Source of the DNA: Heterodontus francisci
Taxonomy: Eukaryota
Direction: 5' to 3'
NCBI RefSeq assembly: GCF_036365525.1
Contig: NC_090377.1
Coordinates: 39,028,201-39,092,200 of the forward strand
Length of the DNA: 64,000 nucleotides
Shown here in pieces: positions 25,659 through 38,887 of this stretch (position 1 is the stretch's first letter; each line of letters begins with the position of its first letter). The translations under genes and the position numbers were made by a program. Below the pieces are notes generated by a model. The model was not told the origin of the DNA and ran no database searches. It saw only the letters and a program-made list of their open reading frames with translations.

Positions 25659-25987
25659 GGATTTAAATAAAATAGCTTGTTTACTGTTGTTCATGAATTA
25701 ACAAAAATGGTTATATTGCAGCGAAAAGGCTATTTGTTCTGTACGGTAATGTAGTTTGACAGAACAATTGTGTATTCTTTGGAGTGTTGCATGTCTAAAC
25801 CTATGTGCTCATCTGTTCCTTCATACAATAATCTTTGGAATAAAATTATCGAAAGGTATATGAGGATACCATATGTATAGCAAGCACTTAGTAAAGAGTT
25901 TAATAAAGAACATTTACTTGCAGTGCATGCCTAGAGAGCTCTACTGATTCAGAACTATATTATATGATATGCAAATTAGTGCATGTC

Positions 25988-27315
25988 ATAGAGTAAATTA
26001 CCGCAGAGAAGGAGGCCATTTGGCCCATTGAGTCCATGCTGGCTCTCTGTGGAGAAATCCAGTCAATCCCACTCCCCCACTCGATCCCCGTAGCCCTACA
26101 AGTTTAATTCCTTCAAGTGCCCATCCAATTTCCTTTTGAAATTATTGAATGTCTATGCTTCTACCACCTTCGTGGGCAGTGAGTTCCACGTCATTACCAC
26201 TCGCTGCGTAAAATGCTCTTCCTCACATTTCCCCCACATCTCTTGCCCAAAACCTTCAATCAGTGTCCCCTATTTTTTGTACCATCAGTTAATGGGAACA
26301 GTTTTTCCTTATCTAACATAACCAAGCCTGTCATAATCTTCTACACCTCTATCAAATCTCCCTTCAATCTCCTTTGCTCCAGAGAGAACAACCCCAGCTT
26401 TTCTAACCTAACCTTATAACTAAAATCCCCCATTCCTGGAACTTTTCTGGTAAATCTCCTTTGCACTCTCTCAAGGACCCTCACATTTTTCCTAAAGTGT
26501 GGTGATCAGAACTGGACACAATACTCTAGTTGGTGACTTATCTACCATAAGCATAGCCAGCTTTTCCAGTACGTCCTTCATCTCAGTTTTTACCCTATCC
26601 ATTGCTATAATCTTTCTGCTTCTACCGATATGTTGTCAGATTACTCTTCCTTAGTAAACACCGATACGAAGTAGTCATTAAATATTCTACCCTTGCCCTG
26701 TGCCTCTACGCATATATTACCCTCTTTTTCTCTAATAGATCGCACTCCATCTCTTAACTACCCGCTTACTATTTACATGCTGGTGGAAGATTTTTGGGGT
26801 CCCTTTTATGTTGACTGCCTTCTATTCTCATGTTCTCTCTTTGCCAGTTTTATTTTCCTCTTCATCTCCCCTGTCAACGTATTGTATTTGGCCTGGTTCT
26901 CACTTGAAGAATTCACCTGACATGCATCGTAACCCTCTTTTTTTGGTTTCATCATTATCTCTATCTCCCTCGTCATCCAAGGATCCCTGTTTTGGTTCCC
27001 CTAACTTTTGCCTTTGGTGCAATGTACCTAGCCAGTACCTGAAGCATTTCTTCCTTAAGGATAACTCATTCTTCCATTAGAGTTTTCCTGTTTGTCTTTG
27101 GTTGCATTCTATCCTGACTAGATCCCTTCTCATCGCATTGAAATTAGCGCTCTTCCAATCTAGCTGTTGTACCTTATATCGTTCCTTGCTTTTCTGCATT
27201 ATGAATCTAAATCTTATGATGCAATGATCACTCTTACCCAAGTGCTCCCACACAGACATTTGGTCCACTTGGCCCACCTAATTTCCCAACACCAGATCCA
27301 GTTATGCCTTCTTTC
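25988..27315 (-). mobile_element. CR1 LINE with large internal deletion
   Basis: 3' end at about 25990-26540, joined to an endonuclease-region remnant (EHLGKSDHCIIRF) near 27200-27280. Confidence 0.8.
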
Positions 27316-27317
27316 TA

Positions 27318-27402
27318 TAAATAAAAGCAAAATATGGCGGATGCTGGAAATCTGAAATAAAAACAAGAAATGCTGGAAATACTCAGCAGGTCTGGCAGCA
27401 TC
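27318..27402 (-). mobile_element. Penelope-like terminal repeat fragment
   Basis: Near-identical, in reverse complement, to the 3' portion of the element at 33723-33968. Confidence 0.65.
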
Positions 27403-30400
27403 AGGGGGTTCTCAAAGAGGCAGCCTCAGAGATATTGGATGCACTGCTCGTGATTTTTTTAAATTTCCCAGATTCTAGAATGGCCTGGTGGATTGGAAGT
27501 TAGCAAATATAACACTGCTATTCAAGAAAGGAGGGAGCGAGGAAACAGGGAACTACAGGCCAGTTAGCCTGACATCAGTCGTTGGGAAAATTCTGGAATC
27601 TATTATTAAGGAAATCTTAACTATGCATTTAGAAAATCGTAGTATGATCAGACAGAATCAACATGGTTTTACGAAAGGGAAATCATGTTTGACAAATTTA
27701 TTAAAGTTTTTTGAGGATGTTACTAATAGTGTAGATAAAGGGGAACCAGTAGATGTAGTACAAGAACACAAGAAATAGGGGCAGAAGTAGACTATATAGC
27801 CCATCGAGCCTGCTCCACCATTCAATACAATCATGGCCGATCTTGGGCTTCAATTCCACTTTCCTGCCTGCTCCCCATATCATTTGACTCCCTGCAAGAC
27901 CAAAAATCTGTCTGTCCCAGCCTTAAATGTATTTAACGATGGAGCATCCACAACCCTCTGGTGTAGAGAATTCCAAAGATTCACAACCTTTTGAGTGTTG
28001 TAATTTCACCTCATCTCAGTCCTGAATGATTGGCGCCTTATCCTGAGACTCTACCGCCGCGTTCTAGATTCCCCGACCAGCGGAAACAATCTCTCAGCTT
28101 CTACCCTATCTAACCCTTTCAGAATCTTGTTGTCTGAATTAGATCACTTCTCGTTCTTCTAAACTCCAGAGAATATAGGCCCAATTTACTCAGCCTCTCA
28201 TCACAGGACAACCCCCTCATCCCAGGTACCAATTTGGTAAATCTTCGCTGCACCACCTCCAGTGCGAGTATACCCTTTCTTAATGTGGAGACCAAAACTG
28301 CACACTGTAATCCAGGTATGGTCTCACCAAAACCCTGTACAATTTTAGTAAGACTTCTTTATTTCTTGTACTCCAATCCCCTTGCAATAAAAGCCAACAT
28401 GCTTTCCTAATAGCCTGCTGCACCAGCATGTTAACTTTGTGCGTTCCTTGTGTGAGTACCCCCAAGTCTCTCTGAACATCAACACTTACCAGCTTCAGAC
28501 CTTTTAAGAAATATTCTACTTTTCTATTTTTACGACCAAAGTGAACAACTTCACACTTCTCTACATTATACTCCATTTGCCATCTTGTTGCCTGCTCACT
28601 TAACCTGTCAAAAACTCTTTGCAGCCTCTCTATGTCCTCCCTGCAGCTTACCTTTACATCGAACTTTGTATCATCAGCAAACTTAGATACATTACTCTCT
28701 GTCTCATCATCCAAGTCATTAATATAGATTGTAAATAGCTGAGGCCCCAGCACTGATCCTTGCGGCACCTGACTATTCACTGCCTGCCAACTTGAAAATG
28801 CCCATTCTCTGCTTCCTGTCTGTTAACCAATCATCTATCCACCTTAATATATTACCCGCAACACCATGAGCCCTTATCTTGCCTATTAATCTTTTACGTG
28901 GCACCTTATCGAATGCTTTTTGGAAAGTCAGGTATACTACTTCGACTGGTTCCCCTTTATCTACCCTACTCGTTACATCCTCAAAAAACTCTAATAAATT
29001 TGTCAAACAGGATCTCCCTTTAGTAAAACCATGCTGACTTATTCTAATTACACTTGCTTTTCAAAGTGCATTGTTAAGACTTCTTTAATAATAGTTTCCA
29101 GCATCTTCCCAAGGACTGATGTTAGGCTAACTAGCCTGTAGTTCCCTTTTTTCTCTCTACCTCTTTTCTTGAAAAGCGGTGTAACATTTGCCAACTTCCA
29201 ATCTGACCGGACCATTCCTGAATCTAAGGAATTCTGGAAAATCATAGCCAGCGCATCCACTATCTTCGCAGCTATCTCTTTTAGAACCCTAGTGTGTAGG
29301 CCATCTGATCCCAGGGACTTGTCAGATTTTAGTCTCTCAAGTTTCTCCAATACTTTTTCTCGGCTGATATCAATTTCCTTAATTTCTTCACTCTTTTTAG
29401 TCCCTAGGTTACTGCCTACTTCTGGTATCGAACTTGTGTCTTCTACTGTGAAGACAGACCCAAAGTATTTGTTCGATGCTTGTGCCATTTCCTCATTCTC
29501 CCTGATGATTTCTCCTGTCTCTGCCTCTACTTTAGCTAATCTCTTCCTTTTTATGTACTTATGAAAGCTGTTACAATCTGTTTTTATATGACTCATATTC
29601 TATTTTTTCCCTTTTTATCAACTTTTTGGTGACCCTTTGCTGGTTTCTAAAACACTCCCAATCCTCAGACTTGCACCTACATTTTGCAATATTGTAAGCC
29701 TTGTTCTTTTAGTCTAATATGCTCCTTAACTTCCTGAATAAGCCACGGATGGGTCTTTCTTGACGAGTTTTTGTTTTTGAACAGAGTGTACTTTTGTTGA
29801 ACTCTTTGAATTGTTTCTTTAAATGTTTCCCACTGTTCATTTACCGCCATACCTTCCAGTCTATTTACCCAATTAAACGTTAGCCCATTTTCCCCTCATA
29901 CCTTCGTAACTGGCTCTGTTTAAGTTTAAGATTCTTGTTTGTGATTGAAATATGTCACTTTCAAACTTAACATGAAATTCAATGGTATTATGATCACTAT
30001 TTCCCAGTGGATCTTTTACTACGACATTGCAAATTAACCCTGTTTCACAGTACAGGATCTAAGATAGCTTTATCCCTAGTCGGTTCTACAACATATTGCT
30101 CCAAGAAACTGTCACGAAAATATTCGACAAATTCATCTTCTAGACCATTGTTGCCAACTTGATTGTCCCAATCTATATGCAGATTAAAGTCCCCCACAGT
30201 TAATACATTACCTTTTTATCAACTTTTTGGAGACCCTTTGCTGGTTTCTAAAACACTCCCAATCCTCAGACTTGCTACTCCAATAATTTCCTGTTTAATG
30301 TTCTGTCCAATAATATGACTGCTGTTAGGGGGCCTGTAAACTACTCCCACCAATGACTTCTGCTATTCCTAATTTCCACCCAAACTGATTCTATTTCATG

Positions 30401-32065
30401 ATCTTCTGAGGCCATATCCCTTCTTATTAATGTCCTTATGCCATCCTTTACTATCAGGGCTACCCCTCCTCTTTTGCCATTCTGTCTGTCTCTCCAAAAT
30501 ATTGTGTACCCTGGAATATTCATTTCCCAATCTTGATCTCCTTGTAACTATGTCTCAGTAATGGGCAATTATATCTAGATCATTTACCTCTATTCGTGCC
30601 ACTAGTTCATCTATCTTATTACAGATGCTTCGTGCATTTAGATAAAGTAACTTTAATTTCATTTTTTTACCTCTGTTCCTTGCAATGGCCTCATTTGTCG
30701 ATGTACATTTTTTGTACTCTCTGTCCCTTCCTGTCCCATTCCATTGGCATTTACCCACATCACTATTCTGCTCTGATGCCTTGACCCCTCTCTTTGGATT
30801 TCTAAATTTCCCTTTACCCTAACCCTTTGCCCCCACCACACCCCGTTATTTTAAAGCCCTGTCCACAGCCCTAGTTAAGCGATAGTATACTTGCATTTCC
30901 AAAACGCATTTGATAAGGTGACACACAAAAGGTTAATACACAAGATAAAGGCTCATGGAGTTGGGGGTAATATATTGGCATGGATGGAGGATTGGCTAAA
31001 GGACAGGAATCAGAGTGTACGGATAAACAGGGGATTTTCAACTTGGCAGGCTGTAACTAATGGAGTGCCTCAAGGATCAGTACTGGGGCCTCAGCTATTT
31101 ACAATCGAGATTTATGACTTCAATGAAAAGAAAGAGAGTAATGTTTCCAAGTTTGCTGACGATACAAAGCTAGATGGGAATATAAGCTGTGAGGAGGACT
31201 CAAAGAGTCTGCAGGGAGATATAGACTGGTTAAGTGAGTGGTCAACAAGGTGGCAGATGGGGTATAATGTGAGGAGGTGTAAGGTTATTCTCTGTATGAA
31301 TAGAAAAACAGATTTTTTTTTTAAGTCATGAAACCTCCAAATGCTGATGTTCAGAGAGACTTGGATGTATGCAAACAAGGAACACAAAAAGTTCACATGC
31401 AGTCACACCAAGCAATTAGGAAGGCAAATGGCGTGTTGCCTTTATTGCAAGGGGACTGTAATATAAGAACAGGGACTTCTTGCTAGAATTGTATATGGCT
31501 TTGGTGAGATCACACCTGGAGTACTGTGCACAGTTTTGATTTTCATACCTAAGGAAGGATATACTTGCGTTGGATGCGGTACAGCAAAGGGTCACTGGAC
31601 TGGTTCCTGGGATGAGAGGGTTGTCCTATGATGACAGGCTGTGTAAATTGGGCCTATACTCTCTGGAGTTTAGAAGATTGAGAGATGATGTCATTGAAAT
31701 ATACAAGATTCTGAGGGGGATTGACAGGGTAGACACTGAGGTTGTTAACCCTGGCTGGGGAATTTGGAACCTGGGGCATGGCCTCAGGATAAAGGGCTGA
31801 TCTTTTAAGACTGAGATGAAGAGAAATTTTTTCACTCAGAGGATTGTGAATTTTTGGAATTCTCTACCGCAGAGGGTTGCGGTGATCAATTGTTGAGGAT
31901 GTTTAAGGCTGAGATGGACAGATATTTGATCTGTCAGGGAATCAAGGGATATGGGGAGCGGGCAGCAAAGTGGAGTTGAGGTAGAAGATCAGCCAGGATT
32001 GGATTGAATGCGAAGCAGGCTCAAGGGGCCACATGGTCTACTGCTGCTCCTATTTCTTATGTTCA
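27403..32065 (+). mobile_element. CR1 LINE split by a nested CR1
   Basis: ...KGEPVDVV (ends 27760) resumes as YLHFQNAFDKV (from about 30888), then runs through FADD to the 3' tail. Confidence 0.88.
27761..30882 (-). mobile_element. Nested CR1 LINE, about 3.1 kb (end of ORF1 plus most of ORF2, decayed)
   Basis: Endonuclease start LLYLNARSI, RT VPQGSVLGP and FADD, VRPYLDYSVQFWSP; flanked by a TAGTA duplication. Confidence 0.9.
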
Positions 32066-32194
32066 GACAGCAGACTCCAGAGCATTTACAACAAAAATTC
32101 TAATTCAGTGGCTTCTCGTCTTGTTCTTCCCAATTTACGTTGTTCAAAAAAAAGAGGGATTAAACCCAGCAATCACAGGCCAATCACCCTAATG

Positions 32195-32920
32195 TGGGTG
32201 ATGGGAAACCTTTAGAGACATTAATCTAGGACAAAATTAATTGACACTTGAAAAAGTATGGGCTAGTAAATGAAAGCCAGGATGGATTTGTTAAAGACAA
32301 ATCATCTTTGACTGACTTGTGAATTCTTTGATAAAATAAAGGAGATGGTTGATGAAGATAGTACAGTTTATCAAAAGGCATTTGATAAAGTACCACATAA
32401 TAGACTTGTTAGCAAAGTTGAAGCCTGTAGGATTAAAGGGTCAGTGGCTGTGTGGATACGTAAATGGATAAGGGACAAGAAGCAGACAGTACTGGTGAAG
32501 GGTTGTTTTCCAGACTGAAGGGATGAATGCAGTGGTATTACTCCAGAGCTTGGTGTTGGGACCACTGCTCTTTCGGACATACATTAATGACATGGACTTG
32601 GGTGTATATAGCATAATTTTGCAGATGACACAAAACTCAGAAATGTAGTAAACAATAAGGAGGAAAGTAACAGACTTCAGGAGGATGTAGACATATTGGT
32701 GAAATGGGCTGACAGATGGCAGATAAAATTTAATGCTGAAAAGCGTGAAGTGATTCATTTTGGTAGGAAGAATGAGAAGAGACAGAAATGGTACAATTTT
32801 AAAGGGGGTGCAGGAACAGAGAGAACTGTGGCACACGTACGCAAGTCTTTGAAGATGGCAAGAGTAGTTGAGGAGGCTTCGAAAAAGGCATACGGGATCC
32901 TTGGCTTTATAAATAAAGAG
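32195..32920 (+). mobile_element. CR1 LINE RT fragment
   Basis: [14 protein letters not shown] and WADRWQIKFN motifs; frameshifted. Confidence 0.85.
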
Positions 32921-33722
32921 CATGCATCCTCCTCATGGTGGCCCCAGGAAGTGGCAATAGCACTGGACAGATCTTAAGGAAATCAGCCCACGCTGCCTCC
33001 GTCATCATTTGCATGCAGCAGGTCTGTAAAGAGTGACCCAAAATGGTCATGGCAGGGGCAGGGCGATGAAAATGCAGGCTAAGTGGTGAAGCGCCTCAAT
33101 GGTTTATTCAGAGACCAGGGCTCCAAACACATGAAATAATAATGACAAGGGAAGTTTTTTCTCTTTTCAAGAATGCTTCTGGTACATATTTTATTTGCAG
33201 ACTGGGTATACCACAATTCAGTTTCCTTTGATCAAGTTCATAATAGGAACAGGAGTAGACTGTTCAGCCCCTCAAGCCTGTTCCATCATTTAGTGAGATC
33301 ATCATGGCTTAATTGTACCCTAACTCCATCTAGCCACTTTGGCTCCATATCTCTTAATAGAGATAGCAAAAATCAATCAATTTAAATTGTAAAATTATTA
33401 ATTGTGCTAGCATCTACTACTTTTTGTGGGCCTGTCTGGTAGGCTTCTAAATCTGATACAGAGTCAAGCAGATCTACAGTGCATAGGGAGTTGTTGATGA
33501 TTGATTAAACAGGTCATTAATGGAAGCTGTCATGTAGCTGAGATTCTTCACATTGAGCTCCAGGTAGCCCAAGAAGCGAAGTCCTGGCGGGGGATTGTTC
33601 GAGCTGGGTAAGACCGCAGGAAACTTTCCTTTGTATGTTTTTTATCTGGTAAATCTTCAACAGACTGCACTTCCTTCTTGCCAAGCTGTGCTGAATTGCT
33701 CCAGTCTTAGATAAGTGAGATA

Positions 33723-33968
33723 AAAACAAGAAATGCTGGAAATACTCAGCAGGTCTGGCAGCATCTGTGGAGACAGAAGCAGAGTTAACGTTTCAGGTCA
33801 GTGACCCTTCTTCAGAACTGAAGAACTTCAGCGTTCTGAAGAAGGGTCACTGACCTGAAACGTTAACTCTGCTTCTGTCTCCACAGATGCTGCCAGACCT
33901 GCTGAGTATTTCCAGCATTTCTTGTTTTTATTTCAGATTTCCAGCATCCGCAGTATTTTGCTTTTGTT
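33723..33968. mobile_element. Palindromic mini Penelope-like insertion
   Basis: Perfect 99-bp inverted repeat (33720-33818 and 33833-33931); 16-bp direct repeat TTAGATAAGTGAGATA at 33707-33722 and 33969-33984. Confidence 0.8.
33833..33870 (+). ncRNA. Minimal type I hammerhead ribozyme motif (mirror copy on - strand at 33781-33818)
   Basis: CTGAAGA-A, stem GGGTC-ACT-GACCT, GAAA, then palindromic ACGT. This is the layout of Penelope-associated minimal hammerheads. Confidence 0.65.
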
Positions 33969-34095
33969 TTAGATAAGTGAGATATGTTCTTGTGGGGAGG
34001 GTGTGTGCACTCCATATTGGGCAAATAGAACGCTACTGACATGGATTCTCAGTTGTTCTAGCTAAACTACGTAAAGTATGGTGATACGTTTCCAT

Positions 34096-34817
34096 AGCCT
34101 GGATTTTACCAGCCCTTTAGGGAGGGGCCAAGAGGTGAGGGGAGCATAAAGTGGAGAGGTGGGGTGCCCGTTGCCTTCCTGACATTGAAATTTTACTGGG
34201 ACGGGGAAGGTCGAGAACAGCCTTCATGCCCAGAGGCCAATTAAGGCCATTAAGTGGTCAATTAAGGGCCACTTAAGGGCCTCTTCCCGCTGCTGCTAGT
34301 ATTTTACCAGCGGCGACGGGCAGGCCCTCTGCCACGTGGGGAGGCTGTCCTGTAAAAGCTGGCAGATTCCCTGTAGCTCAGTGGCGTCCCCTCCAGATCG
34401 GGCCCCCCTGAAGGCAAAGGCTACCCCCTCAGGAAGACACCTCCTGCCCTTAACGACCGACACCTCCAACCCTCTTCCACCCCCCCCCACCCTCCCACAC
34501 CTCTATCGGGACCTTCCTGACTTACCTCGGCAAGCCCCATAAACTTATCTTGACTCCGGGACCTCCTCCATGCTGGCTGGGCCGGACCTGCTGCTGTCTC
34601 AGCAGTGGCTACCGTCCTCCGTCCGCTTGGCCGGCGGCTCTTGGAGGCAGGCTGCTGTGTTTTAAAGGGACGGGAGCTCTGGTGCCAGGAAGCTAATTGC
34701 CTGACCATTAAAAAAATGCAGCTGGTGGGTGGGGGGGGCCTGAATGGCTGAGACGGGATTGCTCCCGGCTTCCCAGCCTGGTGTTGAGGCACCCATTGTG
34801 GGCCCAAAGTTCAGCCT
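34096..34817. mobile_element. Harbinger-type MITE
   Basis: Termini AGCCTGGATTTT ... AAAGTTCAGCCT; 3-bp TSD CAT; internal GGCCAATTAAGGCC motif. Confidence 0.8.
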
Positions 34818-35079
34818 CATGGGTGTAACACAGCCACAGTGGAATGAGATACTGTGATGTAGAGTATTTTACAGTAAACAGTAATCCATTATGCTATCTA
34901 CAGGGTATAATCTCTAACAAAACCTGTTCAAAGTATGCATCTTTAATTTGCCACTGTGAGTAATGTGGCAACTTGCAGGCAACCCTCAATCCTGAAGCAA
35001 ATCAAGTGTATATGTTGAATGGTCCAATAGCAAATTATAAATAAATAGGTTAAGAGAAACTGGTTTGCCAAGAAAAATT

Positions 35080-37945
35080 GGGAGCTACAGTGGATTGCCC
35101 CCGAAAACAGGCACGGGGATCGTAATGTGCAATTAACCTGCGCCCATTCACTGCAACTTCATCTTGCCTGCTGTTTTAAATGATTTCAGCATCCAGCCAG
35201 CTCTAACATAACTGTTGATTAGCTGGACGCTTTGACAGAGAGCTAATATCATAAGGGTGGAGCAGGGGCTGGCAGTTGTGCAGGAAATGAATCTGACCTG
35301 TGAAACATTAAATAATGGCACTACATGGGAGACAGCAGGCTCCAAGGTTTTTGGAAGCTACAGTACAGGCCTTGATGGAGGAAGTGGAAAGGAGAGACAT
35401 CCTGTATCTGCAGAAGGCCCTCCAGACATATTCTCAGAAGGCAGTTGGAGCAGAAAGCCTTGGCAGTCAATGCCACGAGTCCAGCTCCAAGGACCTGGAT
35501 GCAGTGCTGTGCAAAGTTCATTGTCATCACACGAGTGGTCAAGCTCAGTGAATGCATCTTCAAATGCCATATCCTACCAACCGCACCATTAGCTTCGGGC
35601 TAAATTCACCACACCCCATCACTCACCTACCAACGATCTCTATCAATCAGGACACATACCTAACATTCATATGCTGTACCTCACCCTCACACATTTGACA
35701 CTGCTGCAAGCCACACACCTTCATCTCACATCTTGCACCACACTCACTGACACACTTCCCTCTCCCTTGCAGGACAAGGTAGTGCACAACCGGAGGAAGC
35801 AATAGATAACCAGCACCTGCATGACCTGATCCCCATGGTGGAGACGTTGCTGGCCGTTATTGGGACACCTATAGATGAAGGTGTGGCCAGCAGAGGTGCT
35901 GAAACCATCCTAATCATTCGTCTCACATCTCACCTCCCCCTCATTCCACACTTCCTTCTTCTTTACAAGCTGCAGATCTTGGTATAAGTATGCATTTCCC
36001 CCGTGCTCCCTGCACAACAACCTTATCCTTGTGCCTTTCTCCTCCTACATATCCGAGAAATGCAACCTGGCCAAGCATTGGAGGGACAGCAAAAAGATAA
36101 CGATGATGAAGACGCACCATCACTCAATTTTACACTCGCAGCCACCAGCTCAGAGACTGACACTGCACGTAATTTAGAGGATAGCCCTTGTTGCCCAGTA
36201 ACCACTCTTTAGTTTGTCATGGTAGCTCAACTGCAGCTGGACTGCCGCAGAGTGAAGGCATCATGACTGCTACCAGGATGCTGGGCACTGACCAAAATGA
36301 TTCACACACCAGCTCAACATTAAAGAACTAGAATTCCTTTTGGTTTCGGTATAGGACAGAGTTGGCACTTCACACCATGGAGAAGTCTTCAATCCTAGAA
36401 AAGATGCATGCTTTCTCTGCCTGCTTGTCTCTGGCAAGTGAGAATGAAATATAGTTAGCTTTCATTGGATAGAGAATCTCAGTGACTTCACTTCTGCAAC
36501 AGTGGATGGAAAACTGTGAGATGTTGCAAATATCTCCAACTCCAGCCTGGAAGAAGCCAGACACATCAACGTTCATCGCCACATTCACTTTCACAGCCAT
36601 TGGCAGTGCGGCACTTGCCTTGTTCTTTGGTTGCATTTATGGCTGCAGCAGGTGGCAGATTTCATTAAGACAACTTTACTGAAGTGCAGATATCACATGC
36701 ATTAGGCAGAATTTTCAAGGGCCCGTGGAGGCAGGTCTGGAGGCAAGGGGGCCCAAAAACGAGAAGGAAATCCTGTCGGGCCAACTCCATGACATGGTCC
36801 CGCCTCCACGGAATTCTGCAGGAGACAGGATGATGGTGAGACTAGTTACCCGACTGGCTGCGGTGGCTAATTGGAACCAAAGTCTTCCTTCAATGGGAAG
36901 ACACCGCACTAAAAAACAGCCGCAACTGCTGCAGTGCCCTAATTGTGGGAGCTTTCCCCTGCCATGTGACAGCATGAAACCTTTTGGCCCTTCTTATATC
37001 CCTCATTTGTGTCCAGTGAAAGGGAATGGAGGCACCCTTGTGCCTCTCTACATATGTCAGCAGCTCTCAGCTCTGACAGTGGGCCTGCCCATCTTTCAGT
37101 GCTGGATGGCCTCCTATTGGCCTTCTAGACCTGGGAGCCTGCCCACTGTCCTTAATTGAACAGGGCTTCCAGAGGCGGCCATTTAATTGGCCGCTTCCTC
37201 AAATCTCCCTTGGGGTCCCGCGGCTAGCAATTCCGGGTTCCCGACCTGCATTTCATCCTAACAGTGGGATTGGGTCCGAGGAATGAAAATTCTGCCCATT
37301 GTTCATTGCTGAAGTTCAGGTTGGAGAATGTTCCCTGAATACCATGGGCGGATCTGACCTCCAGCCCGTCTCCCCCTCCTTCTCCCTCTTCCAGCAGCTT
37401 GTCCTGCTCTTCAGGACCTCTGTTCATTATCCAAGACATGCTGTTTTCCAAGGCGAATGGCTGATAGTGGGCCCATGTCTGGGAACAACTGGTTTGTGGA
37501 GAAGCCTTGAAGTCAGCCAAAACTCCTTCAGCACCTGCCACACCACTCGCTGTAGACTTTTGCAACTTGGAACTGCCAAAGGAAACACCAAATACTTGGA
37601 GAATCATTGCAACAGCCAGAACAAAATCAACCAGCAACTAACCTGCAAGCAGTCAGTGATCCCTTTAAATAGCGCTGGTGAGGCAGCTCCTGACTGCTGC
37701 TGAACATGTGTCCAGCTGTGCGAAGTTAAGAGAGGGTGTTCAGCTCCAAAATGTCACTGCTGGCATCAAATCAGCAAAGCCTGCTCTGCATACTTCTGAC
37801 AGCCATTCACTGTGCAGGTGCTAATGCCCTCACCAATATGGCATCTAGCGCAACTTGTGTGAGCATTTGTGCCTCAGATGCCATTTTAGAGGTCGCAGGG
37901 CACTCAGCATACAAAAAACGAGGGTAGACAATCACAATTTTGTGC
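35080..37945. mobile_element. Decayed PIF/Harbinger transposon (Myb-like gene on +, transposase on -)
   Basis: The + strand has QAPRFLEATVQALMEEVERRDILY (35315-35551) and an apparent intron acceptor ccttgcag|GACAAG near 35772. The - strand has LPMAVKVNVAMNVDVSGFFQAGVGDICNISQFSIHCC and SLMLSWCV/LVCES-type remnants. Ends are approximate. Confidence 0.8.
36704..37297. mobile_element. Harbinger-type MITE inside the Harbinger transposase
   Basis: TIRs AGGCAGAATTTTC ... GAAAATTCTGCCC; exact 3-bp TSD ATT. Confidence 0.85.
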
Positions 37946-38442
37946 TGATTTATGTTTGGACCAGGATCGATGCACAATGAAATCAGTGGAACGTAAGATT
38001 GGGTAAGGTGTAAAGCAGGTGGCCTATTCCATCAAATTCCAGCCAATCCAGTTGGATTAAAATTACTCCCTGAGAAGAAAAAGCGCCAGTTAGTAAATCT
38101 GTATCAAACAGGTCATTTAATTATTTATTCAGCAATTAGCAGAATTTAGCAGAAGGCACTTAGCAGAAACATTTTTTGCAGGTATGATTGAATTTCTAAT
38201 ATGTGTTGTCATTTCCAGGTGAAATGTGACCAATGGTTGATTCATTGTAAAATATGTTCAGTAAAATGCACATAATGGGATTAAACATGAAGCAGTCTCC
38301 GAGTATCGGAAGTTAAGTGAGATTGGTTGCCCACCTACAATGAAAAAGACAGCATAAACCAAAACATAGCCACTTACACCCTACAGGAAAAATAATCCCG
38401 ATTATAGGTCGGCGGGAGAACAATCTATTTCCAGTTGCAGGA

Positions 38443-38788
38443 TTTAGTTTTTTTAGTTTTAGAGATACAGCACTGAAACAGGCCCTTCGGCCCACCGAGT
38501 CTGTGCCGACCATCAACCACCCATTTATACTAATCCCATATTCCTACCACATCCCCACCTGTCCCTATATTTCCCTACCACCTACCTACACTAGGGGCAA
38601 TTGCTAATGGCCAATTTACTTATCAACCTGCAAGTCTTTGGTATGTGGGAGGAAACCGGAGCACCCGGAGGAAACTCACGCAAACACAGGGAGAACTTGC
38701 AAACTCCACACAGGCAGTACCCGGAATTGAACCCGGGTCACTGGAGCTGTGAGGCTGCGGTGCTAACCACTGCGCCACTGTGCCGCCC
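38443..38788 (-). mobile_element. HE1/V-SINE type SINE
   Basis: Near-identical to 18258-18609. Confidence 0.9.
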
Positions 38789-38887
38789 ATTATCATGGTA
38801 TATCTACCAGTGTTTATCTCAACAACACTTTTTCATCATTTATTCTGTATTGAGAATCTTACTTTACATTATTAGTCTTGTTACTAG

